A DNA stretch of 64,000 nt, from NCBI GenBank assembly GCA_965203055.1, contig OZ241863.1, positions 4,384,001 to 4,448,000 on the forward strand. Reading direction: 5' to 3'. Each line of letters begins with the position of its first letter. The first letter of the stretch is position 1. The DNA is from Spirochaetia bacterium. Lineage in GTDB: Bacteria; Spirochaetota; Spirochaetia; SZUA-6; Bin103. Both the position numbers and the translations under genes were made by a program. Of the stretch, positions 8,614 through 18,024 are shown in pieces. A model generated the notes under the pieces. It saw nothing but the letters and a program-made list of their open reading frames with translations, made no database searches and was not told where the DNA came from.

Positions 8614-10521
8614 GTGCCCAGCACCTCCACCTCCTCCACCTCCTCCACCTCCTCTACCGCGCCCGCCGCCGGCCACACCCAGTATTCCGCGCTGCGGATC
8701 AACCGCCGCTTTCTGGCCTACCTGGCGCCGCGCTGGCGGCGCGTGGCGGCGATCTACCTGGTAATGCTCCTCGGCACGGTCACCCTCACCGCCATCCCGC
8801 AGTTGGTGCGCTGGATCGTCGACCGCGGCATCGCGGAACAGGATCTCGCGGTGGTCTGGCGCGCGGTGGGCATACTCCTGCTGCTCGCGCTGCTGCGGGC
8901 GCTGCTGGCGTTCCTCATGGGCCGCTGGAGCGAGATGGTCTCGCAGGGGGTGGCCGCCACCCTGCGGCAGCAGATGTTCACCCGCTTCACGGCGATGTCG
9001 GTGTCCCTGATCAGCCGCATGGAGTCGGGCCAGCTCCTGCAGCGCGCGGTGCAGGACGTGGAGCGCATTCGCTTCCTTACCGGCCGCGCCGTGCTGCGCG
9101 TGGTGGACGCGGCGGTACTGTTCCTGGCCACGCTGGCGGTGCTGCTCGGCATGGACCCGCTGCTGGCCGTTCTGGCGCTGGCGACCATGCCGCTGCTGGC
9201 CTACCGCGGCTACCAGTACGGGCGCCGCCAGCGGCCTCTGGCGGCGCGGCTGCAGCAGCAGCTCGGCACCCTGACCTCGCTGCTGGAACAGAATCTGCGC
9301 GGCGTGCGGCTGGTCAAGGCGTTCGCCCAGGAACGGGCCGAGATCGGGCGCTTCGACGCCGACAACGACGTCTGGTTCGGCCTTGCCGCCGACAACGCTC
9401 GCCTGACCGCGGTAAACGCGCCGTTGCTCGACCTGATCGCCAACCTGGGGCTGGTGCTGGTAATCGGCGCGGGCGGCGTGTTCACCATCAATGGGAGCCT
9501 TACCATCGGCGAGCTGGTGGCGTTTACCACCTACTTGACGCAGCTCTTCGCGCCGCTGCGCCGGGTCGGCCTGGTGATCCCGATGCTGGCGATGGCCGCC
9601 GCCTCCGGCGAACGCATCGCGGCCGTGCTCGACGCCCCCGACGGGGTTGAGGAGCGGCCCGACGCGGACGACCTGCCGCGGATTCGCGGCGCCGTAAAGA
9701 TGACCGGGGTCAGCTACCGCTACGGCGCCGACGGCGCCGCGCCCGCCAACACCGCCGCGCCCGCCGCCGGCGCGCCGCCCGCGGGCGGCGCCTGGGCGCT
9801 CCGCGACGTGGACCTGGAAGTGCCCGCCGGCACCACGGTCGCCCTGCTGGGAGCCACCGGCGCCGGCAAGACCACCCTGGCGGGGCTGGTGATGCGCCTC
9901 TACGACCCGGCCGCCGGCAGCGTCACCATCGACGGCCACGACCTGCGCCAGGTGACCGTCGCCTCGCTACGCTCCCAGATCGGGGTGGTGATGCAGGATC
10001 CGGTGCTGTTCGCCGCCAGCATCCGCGACAACATCGCCTTCGGCCGCCCATACGCCACCGACGCCGAGGTGCGCGCCGCGGCGCAGGCGGCGTGCATCCA
10101 CGACTTCGTGAGCGGGCTGGAGGAGGGCTACGCCACCATGGTGGGCGAGCGCGGCGTGACCCTGTCGGGCGGCCAGCGCCAGCGCATCGCCATTGCCCGC
10201 GCGCTGCTGGTGGAGCCGCGCATTCTGATCCTGGACGACGCCACCTCCAGCGTGGACGCGCACACCGAAGAGCTGATCCATGAGGCGTTGCGGCGGCTGC
10301 TGGCGGGACGCACCTCCTACGTGATCGCGCAGCGGCTGAGCACGCTGGAGCTGGCGGACGTGGTAGTGGTGCTGGACGAAGGGCGCATCACGGCGCGCGG
10401 CCGGCATGCGGAACTGATGGAGACCTCGCCCACCTACCGGGCCATCTGCCGCGAACAACTCCAGCGCGAGGGCGGCGAGGCGGGCGGCGGCCCGGACGGG
10501 GACGCGGAGGGCGCGGCGTGA
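8614..10521 (+). CDS. ABC exporter, fused permease/ATP-binding subunit A
   Basis: TM domain followed by GATGAGKT, LSGGQRQR, ILILDD; exact start uncertain. Confidence 0.9.
   Translation: MPSTSTSSTSSTSSTAPAAGHTQYSALRINRRFLAYLAPRWRRVAAIYLVMLLGTVTLTAIPQLVRWIVDRGIAEQDLAVVWRAVGILLLLALLRALLAFLMGRWSEMVSQGVAATLRQQMFTRFTAMSVSLISRMESGQLLQRAVQDVERIRFLTGRAVLRVVDAAVLFLATLAVLLGMDPLLAVLALATMPLLAYRGYQYGRRQRPLAARLQQQLGTLTSLLEQNLRGVRLVKAFAQERAEIGRFDADNDVWFGLAADNARLTAVNAPLLDLIANLGLVLVIGAGGVFTINGSLTIGELVAFTTYLTQLFAPLRRVGLVIPMLAMAAASGERIAAVLDAPDGVEERPDADDLPRIRGAVKMTGVSYRYGADGAAPANTAAPAAGAPPAGGAWALRDVDLEVPAGTTVALLGATGAGKTTLAGLVMRLYDPAAGSVTIDGHDLRQVTVASLRSQIGVVMQDPVLFAASIRDNIAFGRPYATDAEVRAAAQAACIHDFVSGLEEGYATMVGERGVTLSGGQRQRIAIARALLVEPRILILDDATSSVDAHTEELIHEALRRLLAGRTSYVIAQRLSTLELADVVVVLDEGRITARGRHAELMETSPTYRAICREQLQREGGEAGGGPDGDAEGAA
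8622..8657 (+). repeat. Imperfect 9-bp tandem repeat (CCACCTCCT)n encoding STSSTSSTSST
   Basis: cacctccacctcctccacctcctccacctcctctacc read directly. Confidence 0.7.
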
Positions 10522-12347
10522 GCTCGGCGTTCGGCGGCGGCGGTCCCAACAGCATGTTGCGCTCGTTCGGCGCCGCGCGCGGCGGCGGCTCCGCGGGCGC
10601 GTTGTGGCGGCTGCTGCGCTATCTGCGGCCGCATGGCGGGCGCATGGCCGCGGCGTTCGGCTGCATGATCGTCACCACCGGCCTCAGCCTGCTGGCGCCG
10701 CTGCTGATCAAGATCGCCATCGACGGCCCGATCGCCGCCGGCGACGTAGTCGGCCTGCTGGGGGTCGCCGCGGCGCTCGCCGGCACCTTCGCCGGCACCT
10801 ACGCGCTGGCGGCGCTGCAGCGCTATCTGCTCTCCTGGGTCGGGCAGCGGGTGCTCGCCACCCTGCGCGCGGAACTATTCCGCCACCTGCAGCGGCTGTC
10901 GGTGAGCTACCACGACCGGCACATCGTCGGGGTGACCATTTCGCACGTGATCGGCGACGTGGCGGTGATCAACGAGGCGCTGTCGCAGGGGCTGGTGGCG
11001 ATCGCCGGCGACACCCTGCTGCTGGCCGGCATCGTGGCGGCGATGTTGACCTTCGACCTGGAACTGGCGCTGGTCACCTTCGCCGTGGTGCCGCTGATGC
11101 TGCTGGCGACGTGGGTGTTTTCGCTGCGCGCGCGGCGCGCCTTCCGCATTACGCGGGAGCGGGTCGCCGGGGTGGTAGGCAACCTGGCCGAAGCGATTGC
11201 CGGGATGGGAGTGATCCAGGCGTTCGGCCAACAGCAGGTCGCCCGGCGCCGGTTTCAGGAGGTAAACGAGGCCAATCGCGACAGTCACGTGGCGGCCGCG
11301 TCGTTGACCTTCACCTTCATGCCCAGCGTGGAGCTGCTGGCGATGGCGGCGACCGCCGCAATCCTGCTGGTCGGCGGTCTGGCGGTGGCGCGCGGCGCGC
11401 TGACGCTGGGGGTGGTGGTGGCGTTCCTGGCCTACGTGAGCCGCTTCTTTCAGCCGGTTCAGGAGCTCAGCCAACTCTACGCCACCATGCAATCGGCCAT
11501 GGCCGGCGCCGAGAACGTGATGCGGCTGCTGGACACGAAGCCGGCGGTGCGCGACCGCCGCGGCGCCGCCGCGGGACCGGAGCCGTGGCAGCCGTGGCTT
11601 ACCGGGCGGGTGGAGCTGCGCGGCGTCGACTTTGCCTACCGCCCCGGCGCGCCGGTGCTGCAGGGAGTCGACTTGGTGATCGAAGCGGGCCGGACCGCGG
11701 CGCTGGTCGGTCCGACCGGCGCCGGCAAGACCACCATCGCCAGCCTCATCGCCCGCTTCTACGAGGTCAGCGCCGGCGCCGTGCTGCTCGACGGCCACGA
11801 CGTGCGCGACCTGGCGCAGGACAACCTGCGCCGCCACCTGGCGCTGGTGCCGCAGGAGCCGTTCCTGTTTGCCGGCACCATCCGCGACAACATCGCCTTT
11901 GGCCGGCCCGAGGCTGGCCCGGATGCGGTGGCCGCGGCCGGCGCCGCGGTGGGTCTGGACCGGTTCGTGGCCGGCCTGCCGCAGGGTTACGACACCGCGG
12001 TGACCGAGTTCGGACGCAACCTGTCGGTGGGCCAGCGCCAGCTCATCTCGGTGGCGCGCGCGGTGCTGGCCGATCCGCGCATCCTGATCATGGACGAGGC
12101 CACTTCGAGCATCGACTCGATCACCGAATCGATCATCCAGCGCGCCTTGCAGCGGTTGCTGGCGGGGCGCACCGCCATCATCATCGCCCACCGCCTGGCC
12201 ACCATTCGCAGCGCCGACGTGATCTTCGTCATCGACGGCGGGCGGGTGGTGGAGCGCGGCTCCCATGCCGGGCTGATGGCGAAGGACGGCCACTACGCGG
12301 CGCTCAACCGGCGCCAGATGACCGCTCTCGGGAGGGGCAGTCGATGA
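10518..12347 (+). CDS. ABC exporter, fused permease/ATP-binding subunit B (heterodimer partner)
   Basis: GPTGAGKT, LSVGQRQL, ILIMDEATS, IAHRL; GTGA overlap with subunit A. Confidence 0.9.
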   Translation: MSSAFGGGGPNSMLRSFGAARGGGSAGALWRLLRYLRPHGGRMAAAFGCMIVTTGLSLLAPLLIKIAIDGPIAAGDVVGLLGVAAALAGTFAGTYALAALQRYLLSWVGQRVLATLRAELFRHLQRLSVSYHDRHIVGVTISHVIGDVAVINEALSQGLVAIAGDTLLLAGIVAAMLTFDLELALVTFAVVPLMLLATWVFSLRARRAFRITRERVAGVVGNLAEAIAGMGVIQAFGQQQVARRRFQEVNEANRDSHVAAASLTFTFMPSVELLAMAATAAILLVGGLAVARGALTLGVVVAFLAYVSRFFQPVQELSQLYATMQSAMAGAENVMRLLDTKPAVRDRRGAAAGPEPWQPWLTGRVELRGVDFAYRPGAPVLQGVDLVIEAGRTAALVGPTGAGKTTIASLIARFYEVSAGAVLLDGHDVRDLAQDNLRRHLALVPQEPFLFAGTIRDNIAFGRPEAGPDAVAAAGAAVGLDRFVAGLPQGYDTAVTEFGRNLSVGQRQLISVARAVLADPRILIMDEATSSIDSITESIIQRALQRLLAGRTAIIIAHRLATIRSADVIFVIDGGRVVERGSHAGLMAKDGHYAALNRRQMTALGRGSR

Positions 12348-13168
12348 TCATCGCCACCTGGAACATCAACGGCATGCAGGCGCGGCTGGGGTTTCTGCGC
12401 CACTGGCTGCAGGCGCGGACCCCGGACCTGGTGCTGCTGCAGGAGCTGAAGCTGAGCGCCGACCGCTTCCCCCACGCCGAGCTGGAAGAGGCCGGCTACC
12501 GGGCGGTGGTCCACGGGCAGAAGAGCTGGAACGGGGTGGCGATTCTGGCCCGCGCCGCCGGCGCCGGCGCGCTGCGGCCGGTGACCCGCGGCCTGCCCGG
12601 GCTGGAGCGGCAGGGCGCCCGGCTGGTCGGCGCCGAGCTGGCCGCGCCCGGCGCCGAGCCGCTCTCCTGCATCTCGGTGTACGTGCCCAACGGGCGCAGC
12701 GCCGGGCACCCGGAATTCGCCCACAAGTTGGCGTTCCTCGATGGCTTGGCCGAGTTCCTGCGGCAGGAGTTGGCCGGTTCCCGCAACCTGGTGGTGGGCG
12801 GCGACTTCAACCTCTGTCCCGGCCCCCTCGACACCTGGGACGAGGCTGCCTGGGAAGGCCGGATCTTCCACACCGCGGAGGAGCGGGAGCGCTTCGCCGC
12901 GCTGGCCGCCCTCGGCCTCACCGACCTCTACCGGCGCCTCCATCCCGCCGGCAACCAGTTCTCCTGGTGGGACTACCGGGCCGGCAACTTCCACAAGAAC
13001 CTGGGGCTGCGCATCGACTTCCTGCTGGCCTCCGCCGCCGTGGCGGCGCGCACCCGGGCGGTGTGGATCGACCGCGAGTACCGCAAGAAGAAGGAGGGGA
13101 TGATCGCCAGCGATCACGCGCCGGTCCTCGCCGAGGTGCTGCCGTCCGCCGTTGGCGGGGAGTGCTGA
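12344..13168 (+). CDS. xth: Exodeoxyribonuclease III
   Basis: MIIATWNING, LQELK, GDFN, FSWWDYR, LRIDFLL, SDHAPV; start reassigned to ATG 12344 (ATGA overlap). Confidence 0.92.
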   Translation: MIIATWNINGMQARLGFLRHWLQARTPDLVLLQELKLSADRFPHAELEEAGYRAVVHGQKSWNGVAILARAAGAGALRPVTRGLPGLERQGARLVGAELAAPGAEPLSCISVYVPNGRSAGHPEFAHKLAFLDGLAEFLRQELAGSRNLVVGGDFNLCPGPLDTWDEAAWEGRIFHTAEERERFAALAALGLTDLYRRLHPAGNQFSWWDYRAGNFHKNLGLRIDFLLASAAVAARTRAVWIDREYRKKKEGMIASDHAPVLAEVLPSAVGGEC

Positions 13169-13239
13169 GGGCGCGCGCCCGGCGGCCTGCCGGCAGGCCG
13201 GTTGCCACAACCGCGCCGCCGGTTCACCCTGTGCGGGAT

Positions 13240-13881
13240 ATGGCAGAGACAATCGCTCCCGAGGTGCACGCGTATCTGGACGGACTGGTGCCGCCGCGCC
13301 ATCCCGAGCTGGCCGCCATGGAACAGTGGGCGCGGGAACACCGCTTCCCGATCGTGGGGCCCGCCTCGGGCAACCTGTGCTACCTGGTGGCGCGCCTGAG
13401 CGGCGCGCGCCAAGTGTACGAATTGGGCTCCGGCTACGGCTACTCCACCGCCTGGTTCTGCCGCGCGGTGCGCGAGAACGGCGGCGGCTGCGTGCATCAC
13501 GTGGTCTGGAACGAGGACCTTTCGCAACGCGCCCGCGAGCACTTGGCAGCGCTGGGCTACGCCGACCTGGTGCGCTACCACGTGGGCGAGGCGGTGCAGG
13601 CGCTGCGCGCCGAAGCTGACGCCAGCTTCGACCTGATCTTCAACGACATAGACAAGGACGGCTATCCCGCGGCGCTGCCGGTGATCGCCGCCAAGCTGCG
13701 CCCCGGCGGCGTGCTGATCATCGACAACATGCTGTTGCGCGGGCGCATCTTCGATGCCCAGGCAAGCGGCGCCGATCTCGACGGGGTGCGCGAGTTCACC
13801 CGCATGATCACCGCTGACGATGCCTGGATCACCTCGCTGGTGCCGATCCGCGACGGCCTGATCGTCGCGCGGCGGCGTTGA
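13240..13881 (+). CDS. O-methyltransferase (caffeoyl-CoA OMT/YrrM-like)
   Basis: ELGSGYGYST, FDLIFNDIDK, LRPGGVLIIDN; start reassigned to ATG 13240. Confidence 0.88.
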   Translation: MAETIAPEVHAYLDGLVPPRHPELAAMEQWAREHRFPIVGPASGNLCYLVARLSGARQVYELGSGYGYSTAWFCRAVRENGGGCVHHVVWNEDLSQRAREHLAALGYADLVRYHVGEAVQALRAEADASFDLIFNDIDKDGYPAALPVIAAKLRPGGVLIIDNMLLRGRIFDAQASGADLDGVREFTRMITADDAWITSLVPIRDGLIVARRR

Positions 13882-13947
13882 CCCGCCGCGGGCCGCGGCG
13901 CCGCGCGCTTGCTTGCATGCGCCGGTCCGGCATGGCATAACGAGGCC

Positions 13948-14784
13948 ATGCCTGTTACCGATGCTCATCCGGGAATGGGGCGCGACCTGCGCTTCTTCCC
14001 GGTGGTCAACGACCGGCCTCGCCGCCTGACTCCCGAGCAGATCGCGCACTTCAATGCGCGCGGCTTCCTCTTTCCGCTGGAGCTGTTCGACGCCGAGGAG
14101 ACCGCCGCGCAGCGCGCCTACTTCGACCGGCTGCTGGCCATGGCGACCGCGGCCGGCCTGGACAACTACGCCGTCAACGGCTGGCACGACCACTGCCGCG
14201 GGCTGTACGACCTGGTGTGCCACCCGCGCGTGCTCGACTACGTGGAAGATCTCATCGGTCCCGACATCATCTGCGTCATGACCCACTACTTCTCCAAGAA
14301 CCCCACCGACAGCAAGGCGGTCTACTGGCACCAGGACGCCCAGTTCTGGCCCCTGACGCCGAGCAAGGTGGTCACCGCCTGGATCGCGATCGACGACGTG
14401 GACGCCGGCAACGGCGCCATGCAGCTCTGGCCCGGCACCCACCTGCGCGGCGTCATTCCGTTCGAATACGTCACCGACGAAGAAAACGGGGTGCTCAACG
14501 AGCACGTTCACAACCCGGAGCGGTTCGGCGCGCCGGTGCCGGTCGAGCTGCGCGCCGGCCAGCTCTCGCTGCACACCGACATGCTGCTGCACGGCTCGCT
14601 GCCCAATCGTTCCGGCCGGCGCCGGTGCGGCCTGACCATTCGCTACATGCCGCCGGACGTGCGCCGCGGCGACGAGGCGGAGCCGCGCGCCATCATCGCG
14701 CGCGGGCGCGATCCCGGCGGATACTGGCGCGCGGTGGAGCGCCCGGAGGCGGATGCCGTGCCCCCGCACCAACTCGCCGGGTAG
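13948..14784 (+). CDS. Phytanoyl-CoA dioxygenase (PhyH) family Fe(II)/2OG enzyme
   Basis: WHQD, TAWIAIDD, GNGAM, LLHGSLPN, RRCGLTIRY. Confidence 0.88.
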   Translation: MPVTDAHPGMGRDLRFFPVVNDRPRRLTPEQIAHFNARGFLFPLELFDAEETAAQRAYFDRLLAMATAAGLDNYAVNGWHDHCRGLYDLVCHPRVLDYVEDLIGPDIICVMTHYFSKNPTDSKAVYWHQDAQFWPLTPSKVVTAWIAIDDVDAGNGAMQLWPGTHLRGVIPFEYVTDEENGVLNEHVHNPERFGAPVPVELRAGQLSLHTDMLLHGSLPNRSGRRRCGLTIRYMPPDVRRGDEAEPRAIIARGRDPGGYWRAVERPEADAVPPHQLAG

Positions 14785-14796
14785 CCGGCCGGGCTG

Positions 14797-15681
14797 ATGA
14801 GGCTCTACCTCGTCGACGGCACCTACGAACTGTTCCGCGCCTACTACGCCGACTTCCGCAACCACTCGGGAGCGGAGCAACGGCGCGCGGCGAACGGCGC
14901 GGTGCGCGGGTTGGTGCAGTCGCTGTTGGCGCTGCTGCGCCGCGAACGGATCGACCACATCGCGGTGGCGTTCGACCACGTCATCGAGTCGTTCCGCAAC
15001 GACCTCTTTTCCGGCTACAAGTCGAGCGCCGGCATGCCCGCCGAGCTGCTGGCGCAGTTCGCCGCGGCCGAAGAGGCGGTGCGCGGGCTCGGCGTGGTGG
15101 TGTGGCCGATGATCGAATTCGAGGCCGACGACGCGCTGGCCACGGCGGTCGCCCGCTGGGGCGGTCATCCGGCGGTCGACCAGATCATCATCTGTTCGCC
15201 GGACAAGGACCTTGCCCAGTTGGTGCAGGGCACCCGGATCATCACCCGCAACCGGCGGCGCGCCAGCGACCTGGACGAGGAGGGCGTGCGCCGGAAGTTC
15301 GGCGTGCCGCCGGTGTCGATTCCCGACTACCTCGCCCTGGTGGGGGACAGCGCGGACGGCATCCCCGGCATCCCGCGCTGGGGCGCCAAGTCCGCCGCCG
15401 CGGTACTGTCCCACTACGGGACGGTGGACGCGATTCCGCACCACGCCGCGCGCTGGGAGGTGGCGGTGCGCGGCCGGGAGGCGCTGGCCGACAACCTGCG
15501 CGCCGCGGTGGAAGACGTGCGGCTGTACCGCATGCTCACTACCCTGCGGCAGGACGTGCCGCTCGCCGAGGAGCTGGCCGATCTCGCCTGGGAAGGGGTG
15601 CCGCGCGCGCCGTTCCTGGACCTGTGCTCGCGTCTCGGCTTCCCGGAACTGAGCACTCGCCCGCATCGCTGGCGCGCCTGA
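14797..15681 (+). CDS. Stand-alone 5'-3' exonuclease / flap endonuclease (PolA N-terminal-like)
   Basis: LVDGTYELFRAY, FRNDLFSGYK, EADDALAT, DKDLAQL, GDSADGIPG (H3TH). Confidence 0.9.
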   Translation: MRLYLVDGTYELFRAYYADFRNHSGAEQRRAANGAVRGLVQSLLALLRRERIDHIAVAFDHVIESFRNDLFSGYKSSAGMPAELLAQFAAAEEAVRGLGVVVWPMIEFEADDALATAVARWGGHPAVDQIIICSPDKDLAQLVQGTRIITRNRRRASDLDEEGVRRKFGVPPVSIPDYLALVGDSADGIPGIPRWGAKSAAAVLSHYGTVDAIPHHAARWEVAVRGREALADNLRAAVEDVRLYRMLTTLRQDVPLAEELADLAWEGVPRAPFLDLCSRLGFPELSTRPHRWRA

Positions 15682-15715
15682 AACCCGCGCGGCCGGGCAG
15701 GGCCGGCAGCCCCTG

Positions 15716-15775
15716 AAAAGACCGTCAAAAGACCGTCCGGGCGCGCTTTGCAAAACGCGCGATACGGTATAGATT
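15716..15775 (+). promoter_or_regulatory. Putative sigma70 promoter of the aap operon with an overlapping palindrome
   Basis: TTGCAA (15748-15753)-16 nt-TAGATT (15770-15775); near-perfect palindrome GCGCGCTTTGCAAAACGCGC 15741-15760; tandem AAAAGACCGTC x2 at 15716-15737; SD GGGAGGT before ATG 15834. Confidence 0.5.
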
Positions 15776-15833
15776 AGTGGCAACCTGGGCTGTTCCAGGA
15801 TGATAGATCATACCGTTTCCGACGGGAGGTAAG

Positions 15834-16865
15834 ATGATGATGATGAGAGCTCACGTGAAGGTGGCGTTGCTCGCCGCCGCAGTGGCGCTCGCAGGGGTCG
15901 TCGCCGCGCCGGCGCAGACCTTGGATGAGGTGCAGGCGGCAGACGAGTTGAAGTGCGGGATCAACACCGGTCTCGCCGGCTTCGCCTTTACCGACGACAT
16001 GGGCCGCTGGACCGGCTTCGACGTGGCCTACTGCCGCGCGCTGGCGGCCGCCGTGCTGGGAGATCCCGACAAGATCGCGTACGTCAACCTGACGGGCACG
16101 AACCGCTTTCCGGCCCTGCAGTCAGGCGAGGTCGACGTGTTGTCGCGCAACACTACCTGGACCATCTCGCGCGACGTCGATCTGGGTTTCACCTTCATCG
16201 GCGTCAGCTACTACGACGGGCAGGGCTTCATCGGGCGCCGCTCGCTGGGCGTGATGAGCGCCACGGAGCTGGACGGCGCGTCGGTGTGCATTCAGACCGG
16301 CACCACCACCGAGCTCAACCTGGCGGACTTCTTCCGGGTCAACAACATGAGCTACGAGCCGGTGCCGATCGAGACCAACGCCGAGGCGCGCGCCGCCTAT
16401 GAGGCCGACCGCTGCGACGTGTACACCACCGACGCTTCCGGCCTGGCCGCCACCAAGGCGACCTTCGACGATCCGGACGCGCACATCGTCTACCCGGAGA
16501 TCGTCTCCAAGGAGCCGTTGGGGCCGCTCGTACGGCAGGGCGACGATCAATGGGCGGACATCGCCCGCTGGACGCTCAACGCGCTGATCATCGCCGAGGA
16601 GCTGGGCGTGACCCAGAGCAACGTGCGGCGTCTGGCGCGCGGCACCGACCATCCGGAGATCAACCGCATGCTCGGCAGCGAGGGCAGCTACGGCGAGATG
16701 CTGGGGCTGGACTCCGATTGGGCCGTGCGCGCGATTGCGGCGGAAGGCAACTACGCCGAGATCTTCGAACGCTACGTAGGCCCGAACACCAGGCTGGGAC
16801 TGCAGCGCGGGCTGAACGCGCTGTACAAGGACGGAGGCATTCTCTACGCACCGCCGTTCCGCTAG
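15834..16865 (+). CDS. aapJ: General L-amino acid ABC transporter substrate-binding protein (AapJ/BztA)
   Basis: Signal peptide; VDVLSRNTTWT, YYDGQGF, QTGTTTELNLADFF, SKEPLGP, GILYAPPFR. Confidence 0.92.
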   Translation: MMMMRAHVKVALLAAAVALAGVVAAPAQTLDEVQAADELKCGINTGLAGFAFTDDMGRWTGFDVAYCRALAAAVLGDPDKIAYVNLTGTNRFPALQSGEVDVLSRNTTWTISRDVDLGFTFIGVSYYDGQGFIGRRSLGVMSATELDGASVCIQTGTTTELNLADFFRVNNMSYEPVPIETNAEARAAYEADRCDVYTTDASGLAATKATFDDPDAHIVYPEIVSKEPLGPLVRQGDDQWADIARWTLNALIIAEELGVTQSNVRRLARGTDHPEINRMLGSEGSYGEMLGLDSDWAVRAIAAEGNYAEIFERYVGPNTRLGLQRGLNALYKDGGILYAPPFR

Positions 16866-16901
16866 ACCGCCGAACCGCGGAGGACCGCTCACCGGCGGTC
16901 C
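16865..16901 (+). other. Intercistronic stem-loop after aapJ
   Basis: GACCGCCG (16865-16872) pairs with CGGCGGTC (16893-16900); alternative stem GGACCGC (16882-16888) with GCGGTCC (16895-16901). Confidence 0.45.
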
Positions 16902-16932
16902 TTCGCGCGGCGCCGCCCTGCAGCTCCTGCTG

Positions 16933-18024
16933 GTGCTGGGGGTGGCGCTGGTAATCGCCTTCATCGTTTCGAACACGATCCGCAACCTGCAGCAAGCCGG
17001 ACTGACGGCAGGTTACGGGTTCCTCTTCGATACGTCCGCGTTCGACATCAACCAGCGGCTCATCGCCTACGATTCCACCTCCACCTATGGGCGGGCGTTC
17101 ATCGTCGGCGGGCTCAACACGCTCCTGGTGGCGGCGCTGGGTATCATCGCGGCCACCGCCATCGGCTTCCTGGCGGGCGTGCTGCGGTTGTCGCGCAACT
17201 ATCTGATCAGCCGCATCGTCACGATCTACGTCGAGTTCGTGCGCAACGTGCCGCTGCTGCTGCAGATCATCTTCTGGTGGGTAATCATGCTGGCGCTGCC
17301 GCGCGTGCGCGACAGCCTCGATCTCGGCGGCAGCGTGTACCTCAACAACCGCGGGGTGCGGTTGCCGGCGCCGGTGTTCGCGGACGGCGCGGAGTGGCTG
17401 GTGATCGCCTTCGCCGCCGGGGTCGCGGCCACCGTCGCCATAGCGCGCTGGGCCAGGCTGCGCCAGGACGCGACCGGACGCAAGTTCCCCGTCGGCTGGA
17501 CCGGTCTGGGGCTGGTCGTCGGGTTGCCGCTGGCGGCGTTCTTCCTCCTTGGCCGGCCGATCGGGCTGGACCTGCCGGTAATGGGCAAGTTCAACCTGGA
17601 AGGCGGCTTCAACGTCACCCCGGAACTGGTGGCGCTGTGGTTCGCGCTGGCCACCTACACCGGCTCGTTCATCTCCGAGATCGTACGCGCCGGCATTCGG
17701 GCGGTGAGCAAGGGCCAGACCGAAGCCGCGGGGGCGCTGGGGTTGCCGGCCGGGGTCACCCTGCGCAAGATCATCCTGCCGCAGGCGTTGCGTACCATCG
17801 TGCCGCCGCTGACCAGCCAATATCTGAATCTGACCAAGAACTCCTCGCTGGCGGTCGCCATTGGCTACCAGGATCTGGTATCGATCGGCGGCACCATCCT
17901 CAACCAGAGCGGCCAGGCGCTGGAGGTGATCTCCATTTACATGCTCACCTTCCTGATCTTCAGCTTGCTCACCTCCACGTTCATGAACTGGTATAACAGG
18001 CGCATCGCGCTGGTGGAACGGTGA
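16933..18024 (+). CDS. aapQ: Amino acid ABC transporter permease (AapQ/BztB)
   Basis: EFVRNVPLLLQI, EIVRAGIRAVSKGQTEAA, YLNLTKNSSLA; true start may lie slightly upstream. Confidence 0.9.
   Translation: MLGVALVIAFIVSNTIRNLQQAGLTAGYGFLFDTSAFDINQRLIAYDSTSTYGRAFIVGGLNTLLVAALGIIAATAIGFLAGVLRLSRNYLISRIVTIYVEFVRNVPLLLQIIFWWVIMLALPRVRDSLDLGGSVYLNNRGVRLPAPVFADGAEWLVIAFAAGVAATVAIARWARLRQDATGRKFPVGWTGLGLVVGLPLAAFFLLGRPIGLDLPVMGKFNLEGGFNVTPELVALWFALATYTGSFISEIVRAGIRAVSKGQTEAAGALGLPAGVTLRKIILPQALRTIVPPLTSQYLNLTKNSSLAVAIGYQDLVSIGGTILNQSGQALEVISIYMLTFLIFSLLTSTFMNWYNRRIALVER

Noticed and set aside
10604..13168. Apparent 854-aa fusion ending in Xth
   Set aside because: Only the part from ATG 12344 is Xth; the upstream part is an off-frame read-through of the ABC gene. 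The same applies to the extended ORFs for ParA, gcvPB, gcvH, DUF1707, sulfatase and ThuA
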